From positions 39,866,001-39,930,000 of the forward strand of contig OZ024755.1 in NCBI GenBank assembly GCA_964016885.1: DNA of 64,000 nucleotides. The letters are read 5' to 3'. Below are positions 1 through 13,218 of the stretch, piece after piece. A program made the position numbers and the translations under genes. Within the stretch, counting starts at the first letter, position 1, and each line of letters starts with the position of its first letter. The notes under the pieces are model-generated. The model saw nothing but the letters and a program-made list of their open reading frames with translations, was not told where the DNA came from and made no database searches. The stretch is from Eledone cirrhosa. Lineage: Eukaryota.

Positions 1-3000
1 AGTTCGTATGGAAGACCATCGAGACCCGGGGATTTGCGTTTGCCGCATTGGCTCAGCACGTCCCCTATTTCAGCAGCTGGAATCGGCCTTTCGCAGGACG
101 TCGCCTCCTCGTTCGAAAGACCTGGTAGGCCGTCGAGGTATGGACCGAAATACACATCCCCATCCAGCCCCCCTCGCCCCTCCCGAACAGTCGTGCAAAG
201 TGCCTTTGAAATGCCTCACATATCTGTCCAGGTTCAAGGATCACCCCTCCATCCTGGTCCTTCAAAGACCGGATAGTGGATTTAATCCCACTTTTGGCTC
301 TGTCACGCGAACCAAGCTAACATCTTTGCCCCCCTCGTTTCCTAGAGCACGTATTTTGCTTCTGACAACGCAGCCTTCATGCTTCGCGTCGAAAAACTGG
401 TCTAAGGCCGTTCTCAACGCTAGCACTCTGGCTACATTGCCGCTTCTAATTGCCTCTTCTACTCTATCTACCAACTCCCTTTCCTTCCTATTCCTATCTG
501 AGGCTAATTCCTTACTAAACTATCAAGACTACTCTAATCTCTCTCTTGAGAGAGCCCCACCACCTGTTGTTGACGATAGCCCCCGTCAACCGTTCATTAA
601 CTAAAGCGCTAATCCGGTCCCTGTAAGCTTTACTTGCCGGTAAGGACAAGTTCAGCTTCCAGTAACCGGGTCCCTGTCTGTGCGTTCTATCAAGGTTGAC
701 TAAGCAGGTCAATAATTTGTGATCTGAATAGCCAACCATGCGCATCTCTGGACAACTTAGTAGGTCCCTATCCTTATTTCTAACTAGGACCCTATCTAGG
801 TACGACCTAGATGATCCGCTACGGTTAGTCCAAGTCCAGGTTGGCGCAGTCGGAAAATCTAGACGATATCTATCGGCCAGATCAAATCGGCCGATTAATG
901 GTTTGAGGTTGTTACATCCCCTCTATCGGGACATGCCCTTACATAGTTCCAACGTGCATCTAGTATACAATTCCAGTCCCCCACTAGAAAAGTCTCCAAA
1001 CGTTGGAAGTAGTCCGGCCTCGCTGCCCCAAAAGGGGCATAGGCGGCGACCAGCCTAAAGGCTCCACCTTCACCACTGCCAACGTCTAGTACCACCAGTC
1101 GACCCTCCGGGTCCAAGTGCACTGTCTGCGTTGCGAGGCCCAAATGTTTTTCCAGCAGAACGACAACCCCACCCCCACCTGCTGGCTGACAGAGAGATGC
1201 ATAGATCTCAAATTCGTTAAAGGTGGGGGATAGCTGGCGTTCGCTGCTGACCCAGGACTCGCAAATAGCCATGACATTTATACTGCGCGACCTGAGGACA
1301 TTTAGAAGTTTTGCTTGCTTCCATGGTGAGCTCAGGCCACGCGCATTCAAACATCCTACTCTCAATACAGCCATGTTGGCGGCGAAGGGGAAGAATAGAA
1401 AGGCACCTACTTCCTTACGTCCCGGGGACCAGGCTGCACAACTTCCATGGGGGTGAGGGAGGGGTTGCGGGTGGGGTAGTGGTTTGTGGTGGTATGGGGA
1501 CATCAGAGTGTGGTGGGGTTGGGGTGTTTGGTGTGGTGTGGGTGTCTGGGGTGGGGGTGGGGAAATGTTTCAAGAGGACGCGGTTCATTGGTTTTAAAGA
1601 GGGGGGGGGGCACGTCCTCAGGAAAATTGTCTTTTAGTTCTATATAAATGTCTATCGGAGTTTTAATCATTTTTAAGGACGGGTTCTCTGTGTCCGTCGT
1701 GAAATTTGGCCCTTCGGTTTGCACCGAAGGGTTTTGTTCCATTTTGTTTACAAGTTTTATATGTTTTGTGTTGAAGTATGTGTATAGCTGTGTCTGTGTA
1801 ATTTTGGTTGGTTTTTGTTCTGTATTTTTTTGTATTTTATTTTGGGGAGGGGTTATTTTTCTTTGTGTGGGTGCGGTGTGTTTTCTTTATTTTTCGCTTT
1901 GTGTTTTGGAAGGGTTCCCCCTCGTCTTCTGACGTTAAGGGATCCTCTTCCATGTTGGAGGGGAGGGGTATATTTTGGTGTTTTGTTATGTATGTTGTTG
2001 GAGTTGTTTTAGGTGAGGAGGGGTTGGGTGGGACCGTGTTCAGTTTTTTGGTTGACACGTGTTTGTTGTTTGTTGCTGTTGTTGTTGTGGTGGTGGTGGT
2101 GTTGTTTTTGGAGGAGTTGGCAGTAAAGGTTTTTTAGTTTGTTGAGGACAGGCAGCCATCAGGTGACCTCTACCTCCACAGATATATCAAGCGGGCCGCC
2201 TTCCCTCAACTGCAATGTTCATAAATTGGGAGCCTTCCAGGGACACTCTTTGGGGTATCTTTGCGATACGTTCTGGTTTCTTCGAACCAGAACCTGTATG
2301 CCTATACCGCCAAAGTGGCCCCTGGTGGCTTTGCCTATATCAAGGAGTTCATCTTCGTCGTCCAGTATCCCTCCTAGTATCCACCACATATTTGTATTTG
2401 GGTGTATACCGGAGATTGTTATTTTTTTAGTTTTCTTCCCCATGTAGGCGGGGAAGAAAGTGTACTGTTTGGACACAATTGGCGACACCGAGTATTTTTG
2501 GGCCACAATTGGTCCTTCATCAAAATTATCAGACTCACATATAACTTCCCTCTCTCAATAAAAATCATGTCCTTCAACGCGTCTTTTAACACCAGCTCAA
2601 TGTCGCTATGCGATAGTTGTGCTGTTTTTTTCGACGCATTTGATATAGTTCTAAAATTAATTGTCCTTAGGACCGTGTCTCTTTTAATATCCTTAGGGGA
2701 GATTATGGTGAATTCACCGTTTTCACCAAAGCTCACCTGTTTTCTCCCTTCTTTTAGCAATTCCTCTGCATTACTGATGTCAACTGGGGTGAAAGTTTAG
2801 GTCTCCTTAACGACCTGGGCAAAGGATATTAGTGTAGTTGGATCTTTTTTTTTGTGTTTCGTTGCTGTTGTTCTTGTTTTCTTGGGTGTTTGCGTGTTGG
2901 TTGTTGTTGATTGCGGTACAGTTTTTTGGGTTTTCACCCATTTTTTCGGGTTTTGAGTTCACATTTATGTGTTTTTCTTTGTCATAGTTGCTGCTGTTTT

Positions 3001-3465
3001 CTCTTTTATGTGTGTTTGTGTTATTTTCTTTGTTATTCGTGTTGGTGTTGTTGGTGTCAGTGTAATTTATACATTCTTTCAATTTACTGTTTCCATTGTT
3101 TGGGTTATTACCCAAGTTTTTACAATTGTTCGCCAAATCCACTTCCATACTCGCATGCGAAAGCGAGAGAAGCGAAGCTTCAGTAGATTTAGTTACTTTT
3201 TCCTCTTTATTACTTTCCCTGCGGGTGGGGCGGGGGGAATGGCAGTTGTCTTTTCATGTATAGTGTCCATTATTGTAAGTTGGTATACACATTTTTCAAA
3301 GTAGTTTTTACCCCTAAAAAGGGGTAAAAATAAAATAACCACCCGTCTGCAAGTCCAGGCGGAATGTTAGGTCACACAAATAAAACAAATAAAAAAACTC
3401 ACAGTCAAAAACGTAATACAAATCCCAAAAGGCTGCAGCCAAAGTAACACACGTCTACTATCAAC
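1..3465 (-). mobile_element. Degraded L1/Tx1-clade LINE, 5' half (5'UTR, ORF1, start of ORF2); runs off window edge
   Basis: Frameshifted ORF2 pieces (MAVLRVGCLNARGLSSPWKQ, YSDHKL, GPGYWKLN, CEAFQRHFARLF) parallel the intact ORF2 at 41120-44539. ORF1 pieces at about 1400-3148 resemble 44569-46479. The 5' terminus resembles that of the intact copy and abuts (GATA)n at 3466-3480. Confidence 0.92.
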
Positions 3466-3485
3466 GATAGATAGATAGATGTATG

Positions 3486-3536
3486 GGTTTCCTTATGATT
3501 TCTCCCGAATGAAACAGTTCTAGTCCTGGAGAAACC
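3486..3536 (+). ncRNA. Degenerate hammerhead ribozyme in a PLE pLTR fragment (3481-3620)
   Basis: GGTTTC-CTTATGA-TTTCTCCCGAAT-GAAA-CAGTTCTAGTCCTG-GA-GAAACC. Homologous to 27977-28027 with compensatory stem I changes but two core mutations. Confidence 0.7.
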
Positions 3537-3650
3537 ATTTCTATATTAAATATTTATACTCTGCTATGTATTGAGTACCTTACTTTCTATGGTTACCCCA
3601 ATTGAACCCGGGGTAAACTTATATATATATCTATGTGTGTGTGTGTGTGT

Positions 3651-4779
3651 GAAATGGCAATTCCTGTCTGTGAATCTGTGTAAACTGTGTATAACCAGTT
3701 GGCACCTACACCAGTGATCAGATCAAGATGAAACTTTACACACATGTTAAGCTAATATTCAGAAATAGGACTGGCTAATTGGATTTCAATAAAAACCAAT
3801 AATGGAACTCCTGGGGACACCTTTACAATGGAGGAGGAAAGAGACGTTTCAGTGAGAGAGGAGGAAGAGAAGATACTACTACTCTATGTGAAACCCTCCC
3901 TCCCACTACTCCCCTTCCTCCTCTCACAACTCAGTCCTCCAAAACGAGGCAACAAATTCGTACTTCCGGCATGTTAATTGTAACATGCCGTCTTTGAGAG
4001 TAGAGTTTATTTTGTCGCTATTTCTAGGTGTCTGATCGTGGCAAGATTGTTCTTGGTAAATAAACGTGTGCGTTCCCTATTGGATTACATTACACGAATT
4101 GTCCTTCCAAACGTAAGTAATTCCATTCGTTTTCACTTAAACAACAGTCGTTTTTCTTGCAATCTTAACACACTGTCAAGCTTCTGAAGTGCGCTGAATC
4201 GTCACTTGCGCCATATTTGCAGTTACCTACGGAACTAACATTTAAAATCTTTCGATTTTCCTATCGCCCAACTTAATTAGATCATGCTGAAAGACGTAGG
4301 GTGAGGATTTAGGGTAGTTTAGATGTCTACTATAGGGGGAAAACGGGGTGGTTTTATCGAATTGCTTCAGTCATTCGAAGGGCTTTACAAACGGTGATAT
4401 ACAGGGTGCTTAAACAGTACCTGAATATGTTCACTCGGTTATAATTTCATCAATAATTGCGATGAATTCCTCAATTGTTCTGTGTTTGTTCTTGAGTGCT
4501 AAGGCAGTAAGTTTGCTATTCTTATACATAAGTTTGTTGAATAAGTTCGATACTCTTCGAGCTCAAACTTCCCCAGCTTATTCACTTTGAATGAAGAAAG
4601 CTGGATGGGAGAAGGACTTATGACTTAAACAGCTATTGATTGTTCCACACAAAAAGTTAATCTGCCATAAACAGACCTAGCAAAATGCAGTATGGGCACC
4701 CAGGCTTCCTACCATTTTCAGGCGCACTCTGGGAACTGCGAATAACCCCGGCTTTCCCGGGTATTGCCGGGTACTGCAG

Positions 4780-4783
<4 letters not shown>
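3651..4783 (+). mobile_element. Non-autonomous Helitron-like element
   Basis: 3' subterminal hairpin CCCGG-GTATTG-CCGGG (4756-4771) followed by TACTGCAG-CTA, typical Helitron 3' architecture. The 5' boundary is uncertain. Confidence 0.55.
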
Positions 4784-4831
<48 letters not shown>

Positions 4832-5007
4832 TGTTGCATAATATATGCGGACAGAGAGTGCTGTGCACTGTATTGCTGCATTAAGTGTGGTACCCGTTTA
4901 CATGTGTTGCATTGAAGCGAATAACTGTGTCTACTCTGGGAGTTTATTTAACATTACCTATTGAGTACGTTGAGATGAAACCGGTCTTAGCAGTGATACC
5001 CATGCTA

Positions 5008-5233
5008 GTTCAGGTCAATTGGCAGTATCGGTAGAGCGTCGGACACCATGTTTTGCAGCATAGAGTTACGGCCCTTTATGATCTGAATTCAAATCCCGCC
5101 GAGGTTAATTTTGCCTCTCATCCTTGCAGGGTCGATAAAATAAAGTACCAGTCACGCACTGGGGTCGATTTAATCGACTTTCCCCTCCCCAAAATTGCTG
5201 GCCTTGTGTTGTCTATATAAGAAACCATTATTA
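5008..5233 (+). mobile_element. tRNA-derived SINE with Meta-domain-like core
   Basis: A-box-like TGGCAGTATCGGT, B-box GAATTCAAATCC, core CATCCTT..GGTCGATAAAATAAAGTACCAG, tail GAAACCATTATTAT. Further copies at 36269 and 53740. Confidence 0.8.
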
Positions 5234-5370
5234 TATATATATAATTTCAATGTCAATTGATTGTCTGGTTGTCAAGGTTATATTTTTACAGAACAATCTA
5301 TAGTGTAGTATCCAGGTCCGCTCCCTTCCACGCATAATTGCCTCGGAAATGTTAATTTCTACTCAATTTT

Positions 5371-5420
5371 GCTGTCTGAAGAAATCACGATATCTATTGT
5401 CATGAATTATGTATAACGGC
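5371..5420 (+). ncRNA. Degenerate hammerhead ribozyme candidate
   Basis: GCTGT-CTGAAGA-stem II-GAAT-TATGTA-TA-ACGGC. Stem I pairs; one core change (GAAA to GAAT). Confidence 0.45.
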
Positions 5421-6195
5421 TCAATTAATAAAGAACTCTAACATCTACAACTTCACATTTTCCTCTTTATATATATACTCCGCCATCCTTGTTTTAAAAA
5501 GTAATATGACGTCGAGTGCTTGAGTGGAATTGTATCTTTATATACCGAATATATATATGGCTGTACCCTCATTATCGAGTATGGCCATTGCACGATATAC
5601 CGTTATTGATAATTATTGATTAATTCTATCGTGCAATACCTGTGCATGAAGATTGTTTTTAAAGTGAGGGAAGACTGTGCACTGAGCCAATCCCACTCTC
5701 TGAGCAACAGTATCTATAACCTGAAAAGAAGAAAAGATAAACATCATCGGTAACTACTGAGCCGCAGGTTTTATATCGGAGCTATCCCAGTTTCTTAAAT
5801 TACCTTCTCCTAGAAGAATGCCCCGACAAAGGCTAGGGGTCCTTCACTCCCAGTGGTTTAACCGCGTGATCGGGTATCCAGCCGGGTTATTTCTATATCC
5901 CCGAGCATATACATACACATGCACACATGCATATAGATATATACATATACATACATATGTACATGCGTATATACATATTTACACATTTTTACATGGCTGT
6001 TGACTCTTATGAGTTCTTCCACCCTTTGTCAGGTTTTGTTTTTTGTCCTGCAGGGTGTCCAAAATCACCCTCCTCACCAAGTAAACTTGGTCGGGTTGCT
6101 GGTTTAGTCGCCGACGACCCGACCATGCGACAGGTTGTACTGGGTTACATGTTACCAGGAGCACTCAAGAGTGATCCAACACACACACACACGCG

Positions 6196-6249
<54 letters not shown>

Positions 6250-6252
<3 letters not shown>

Positions 6253-6416
6253 CGAAGGAAATGTGGTAAGGAACCAGGTGGACCATAACACAGCAAAGTA
6301 CTCAATACTAAGGGTAGTAGAGTGGGTAATAGGAGCGAGTAGCAACCCGATGGCTGAGCCCAAGCCGTTTCGACGGCTAATTCGAAGTCCAGAATTAGCC
6401 GTCGAAACGGCACCTA
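6250..6416 (-). mobile_element. PLE pLTR 3' fragment ending in a 20-bp fold-back hairpin
   Basis: Homologous to 13219-13320. Perfect inverted repeat 6364-6383/6392-6411; flanked by TA. Confidence 0.7.
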
Positions 6417-6497
6417 TATATACAGTAATATAAAAGAGAGATGTTTATTGGTTGGTTGGCTGGCTGGTTAGTTGGTTTAACACACACACACACACAC

Positions 6498-6542
<45 letters not shown>

Positions 6543-6979
6543 AAGAGGGAGAGGGAGAGATAGGCCGTTATACAGAGAGATATACAATTAAAGTGTTAGA
6601 TATTTAGAGAGAGTGAGTGAATGAAGTTGCAAAAAAGTCTAGAATCAACTTTAACTATAGATCAAAGTAGCAGTTTAACAATATTGGGTTAGCTTTTATA
6701 AAGTCGTTTTACACGAGTTTTTGATTTTACAGAACACAGAAAAATTGATACTATTTGAATTTAATCTACGATGTTTATTAATTTAGCTTTTGAAGATAGT
6801 GTCATGTTATTATTGACCTAATTCAGATGACAGAGTGTCAACCTATTCTCTAAGGCTTCTATTTGAATTTATTTCTATTTTCTTATATTGCTCGTTATTG
6901 CTTTTTTTCTCACGATATTTTCCAAGAAAATTAATTTCATCATGTCACCAAAACACCGATCATCTATCTTGGGGTACAA

Positions 6980-7575
6980 TGTCCGTCAAATGGTTGAAAT
7001 CTTCAAGGGAAAGAGAAACTCACGAACAATATAAAAAAAGACTTGGGAATAAAGGGACAAGTAAACATTGTGACATTCAGTAGAATATGAGACAGGAAAC
7101 AGGAAGGTTAAGACAATAAGAAAGACGATCGCAACTTTCTGAAATTGTACAGAACCTGAGACAGGAAACATAAATATTAAGGCAAGAAGAAAGACTATCG
7201 CAACAAACGGAGGCTGAATATGAAAATCACCAAGAGGCAATGACAGTTGCGATGCAAACTCTACGAGCACAAAGGACTTTTGAAGGCAAAATAAACGGGC
7301 TAACAGCTGCGTTTTCATATGATCCATCGAAGAATTATAGAAATGCTCCTAAAGTCGCGATTGGTATCATGGATATTACACTTGGCACGTGTTGCTCAGG
7401 AGGAAAGGTCAGGCTTCCACTGATAGAGGACTCTCCAACTTTCACTGATAGAGGACTCTCCAACTTTTATCCATATACTACTTACAGACCATACTAAATA
7501 AGCTAAACACTTCAGAAGCAATGTTCTGCAGTATATTGCTGCGTTTCAGGTGTCGTCCTTTGGAGCTGTAAAATT
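6980..7575 (+). pseudogene. Helitron RepHel N-terminal fragment
   Basis: Translated motifs RERETHEQYKKRL, AAFSYDP, CCSGGKVRLP and YIAAFQVSSFGA match the Helitron Rep N-terminal region; broken frames. Confidence 0.75.
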
Positions 7576-7604
7576 ACTTCTACAGGACTAAAACTGTTTA
7601 ATTC

Positions 7605-9900
7605 GTGAACACAGCCCCGAGGTACATGAACTTCTCTACCTGTCTCAGTGGATATCCTTTCGCATGTAGCATCTACTGAGCAGGCTTCCTTGAGAGGACA
7701 AGTGTCTCAGTTTTCGTTATTCATTCCAGCTATGCAGCACTTGGCATCTCTCTTTTATATTATATCAAGTGCAAATCGAAGATCATCTTCTGTCGAGTTG
7801 AGTAACACTATATCGGCAAATTCCAGCCGTCTAATTTTACACCCGCCAATCGTGTTACCACTTCCTCCTCGGCTGCGCATGTCAATCCTGTTCATGTAAA
7901 TAATGAACAGGAGAGGTGACAATACGCACCCTCGGCGGAGTTCGACTCCCGCATTGAATGGTTTTGAGTTAGCGAAATCCACAGTGTTCATCAGCTTGGA
8001 CTCAACAATCTCCCTGCATCTCTTTGCCAGACACTTAGCATGGACTTTACCTGGGTGGCTTAACAAAGAGTTCCCTCTTGTATCCCTTTTTGAAAATTGG
8101 GATTATCACTCCCGATTGCCATTGCTTAGGTGCCCCTCCAGAGATCCAGGCCACCCGGCACACATGAGTAAGCCAGAGAGTACCTTCTCTATTTCATCTT
8201 TGAGCACATTTGAGCTCTTTGACTACTCCTTTGACCTCAGCCTCTGAGAGATTAGTCCCTATTGCCAGATGCATCTAGTGAACATCAGATGATGTTGTTG
8301 TGATCGGCTTTAATAGATCAGCAATGTATTCTCTCCACCTCACGAGGACGCACCTCTCTGAAGAGAGGAGAATCCCAGACGCATTCTTGATACCAGGCGC
8401 GGAACCGGGCTTCTTATTACAAAGTCGGCGGATGGTCTGCCAGAACACTTTATTTGCTGATTTGATGTCAGATTCCAGCTCAACCCCAAAGACCTCCCTT
8501 GTCTTAACTTTGTACGCTTTTACAGTCTCTGCTGCGATTTTTCGTGTCTGCTTCTACCGCATGTGCAAGAAGGAGGACTCATTTCCAAGCCAAGCTTTGT
8601 AAGCCTCCTTGTTTGATCGGATGGCATCTTTGATACCTTGATTGAGCCAAGGGGCCTTCCTACCACTCGGTGCCACACAAAGCTCCTTTCAGCCGCAGCA
8701 TTTAACACTGAATTAGAAACTGCTGAACAATCACCTCTCCGTCTCAACGTCCTTAGTTAGTTCAGGCAGTTCTCTGAATGTGGATGCAACTCCAGCTCCT
8801 GACTTCCTTATCGACCAATGCTTCCCACTTCATCCTCTAGGTCGCTCTGGATCTGCTAGGTGTGTGGCCTTCTTTGGTTTTAGAAAGTCTCAAGTTTCAG
8901 ATAGCTATAAAGTGATCTGTTGACAGCTCAGCCCCTCTCTTAACACGAACATCCAGCACAGATTCAAAGAGATCAGAGACAATAACAAAATAAATTATTG
9001 ATCTCTATTCCTCATATCCTCTATACCATGTATATTTATGGATGTCTCTCTGCCTGAAGAAGGTGTTCATAATAGATTTTCTATTGCTTGAACCGAAGTA
9101 CAGCAAGGTCTCACCATTTGTATTTAGATCGGTGTCGTCATTCCTTCCAATAACTCCTTTCCATGTCAGGTGGTCAGTGTCAGCATGTGCATTGAAGTCT
9201 TCCATCAGGATGTATGAGTCAGTCTTAACTACATCTAATGCTACAGTGACTTCATCAAGGAAGGACCTGTATTCTGACTCCTTGTTTGGTATATAAACTT
9301 GCACCACCCACAGAGACTTACCTTTCAGCCAACGCTTCAAGAGGCAAATCCCCCTTCTCAATGGGATCCGGTCCATAACATTCTGACAACCGGGGCTTGT
9401 GAGTATCCCCACTCCCACCTGTACAATCATTTCTGGTCCCACACCTGAATAGAGGAGTTTCCATCTTCTATCCAAATCTACAGTATCAGAGCCACGGAAC
9501 TTTGTTGAGGAAACCCTGACTATATCTAGCCGGTAGTATCTAGCTTCCTCCACTAGTTCCTGCTCCTTGCCTGTTAGGATTGTGGTGTTCCAGGTTCTGA
9601 GTGTTAATGGTTTTCTCTCGTCCGGTCCCACTGTGGTGTCTCGGAACACGCAACCTTTGTGCGACCATTCCTCACTTCCCAAGACAGGTCACAGGCCAAT
9701 CGCCAGTTTTTGCGGCATGAAATAGAGATTGCAATATATTTTTCGAACAGGCCCCTCTATCTAAGGCCTGGTTTTTCTTTCTTTTCCTGCCCATATTGCA
9801 GTTTCAGTGGTTTCATACGCACCAGTCACCAATCTGGTATTTTGTGAAACCCACAAAGACTAGGTTTATTTAGAGGCGGCCTTTACTCGCCCCGTTGTAG
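7605..9900 (-). mobile_element. Degraded RTE-clade LINE (APE + partial RT)
   Basis: ORF 9005-9682 carries APE motifs (TWNTTIL, EDFNAH, IMNTFF, HKYTWY). ORF 7755-8066 carries RT motifs (LRRGCVLSPLLFIIYM, EFAD). Internal deletions. Confidence 0.85.
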
Positions 9901-10140
9901 CTATGTCACTGGGTTGTGAGAGAGTTTTTTCTTGGGAGCTACTGGTGTCGCTCATTGCTCCATCTCCCCCGGTAGTTTACCGCTGTTGGTCAGGGGTTGC
10001 TTATTCGTCCGGCAGTTGCCCTTTTATATCACAACTAACCCTCATATTTGGTGGGTGTATCGCTATCTGCCATCTGAGACCCGTTCTCCAAGAGAACAGC
10101 TCTGCCGAGAATATATATATAAATATATATAGACATAAAT

Positions 10141-11338
<1,198 letters not shown>

Positions 11339-12007
11339 TACGAACTATACGCGGATATTTTACGTCTTGGTGTGGTAGCTAAGTATATGTTATGTTTATA
11401 CCTTTACTTATTTGTATAGGTCAGTATATATTACCTGTATGTTTTGTGAAGGTACGTATACTTTCTCGTACGTATATTTACTTGTATATGTTATAGATGT
11501 ATATATTATATTATATATACTGGTACATGTGCATATGGTTATGTGTGTACGTGAGTTTGCGTATGTGTGAGTATGCGGGTTCGTACGTATGTAGGGTGTG
11601 TGTATTTGTGTACTTTGTGTTTTGGTTGACGTGCGTCTGCGAACATATGTGATTTTACATGTAGGTTTGCGGGTGAGTGCGTTATATACGTATTTATGTG
11701 TGTATATTTATATACGTTTATATAATTATATGTATACACGCACACACACATATATATATATGTTTATATATATTTGTATGTGTATACGTTCGTATGCGTG
11801 CGGGTACATGCGTTGCGTGGGTTCTGTATGTGCGTGCATGTTTTTTTGTGTATGTGTATTTGCATACCCATGGTGGGTGTTTTCGCGTATGCATGTGTAT
11901 GTACGTATGTACGTATATGGATGCGTGCTTGTATATATTTAATTTCAATTACCTCTGTAATTTATTTACATTATTCTTAACTCTGTAGCCGAGAATCATT
12001 CGGTTTC

Positions 12008-12290
12008 CTAAATAGAATTTTAGTCTACGACTTCTTTCATACCATAAACGTGGTTTTGATTTTGCGTGTGATTGTTCTCACGGATCCACATAATGACGTA
12101 TTATCTTCGTTTTTTCCGTTCATTGCCAGAGAACGTCTCCCTGAACCACCTAATAGAATATTAGTCTACGACTTCATTTATACCATAAATGTGGTTTTGT
12201 CTTTGCGTGTAATTGTTTTTATCGCTCCAAATAATGACGTATTATCTTCGTTTTTTCCCGTTCTTTGCCAGGGAACGTTTCCACGAACCA
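12008..12290. repeat. Tandem duplication of an approximately 141-bp unit
   Basis: AATAGAAT..TAGTCTACGACTTC..ATACCATAAA..GTATTATCTTCGTTTTTTCC occurs twice. Confidence 0.85.
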
Positions 12291-12368
12291 AAGTATCGTA
12301 TTCCTGTCTTCCTTCAGTTGCAACGTATTTCGAAATATTTACTTCTGCGTTCACAGATTGATATTTTT

Positions 12369-12419
12369 AGTTTCAGAAGATCTCGTTAAGGGTGAAAGCA
12401 GCGATTCTTTGCTTAAACT
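12369..12419 (+). ncRNA. Hammerhead ribozyme with one core substitution (U4A)
   Basis: AGTTT-CAGAAGA-TCTCGTTAAGGGT-GAAA-GCA..TGC-TT-AAACT. Confidence 0.5.
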
Positions 12420-12790
12420 TTAATCTGTTATTTTAATATATATAATATAATAGAATAATTTATTTCAAATATTATAGACTAAAAATTTAACGGTATTTAA
12501 TTGATCATTTCTACCTAACTTAATATTTGAAAAAAAAAACGGTCACGCATCATATACCTTTATTGTTTTCCTTATGTAATTATATTATACCATACATATC
12601 TCCCTTTCTTTGTTTTTAGTATCATCTCTCTATCTTTTTCTTTCTCTCCTCTATTTAGCTCTCTCTCTCATTTGCTTCTTGTCTAATATGGATGTTTACA
12701 TATTTAATTATTTAAATTTTTAAAAGTTATGTACTTATATGTTTATATATTGAACCATCAGCACAGTTGAGGTATGTCAGACATCAATTT

Positions 12791-12854
12791 ATTTTATCTG
12801 ATGAGGACGTACTGAGGAAACAGCTCAGTACCTCTGAAATATATATAATAAAAT
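12791..12854 (+). ncRNA. Type I hammerhead ribozyme with palindromic stem III
   Basis: ATTTTAT-CTGATGA-GGACGTACTGAG(GAAACAG)CTCAGTACCTCT-GAAA-TATATA-TA-ATAAAAT. Confidence 0.85.
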
Positions 12855-12995
12855 ATATTTGATCACATGAATGTCTATATTTATTAATATTTTGAAGTAA
12901 TATTAATAACTCCAGAAAACCTCTTTGTTGAGTGCTTCTAATCTATTGTAAAATTATATTTCACTGATTTATCAATGAACCTTGTTAAACTTTTG

Positions 12996-13218
<223 letters not shown>

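Noticed and set aside
4400-4410. TACAGGGTG resembling a Tc1/mariner TIR start
   Set aside because: No partner inverted repeat or transposase remnant found.
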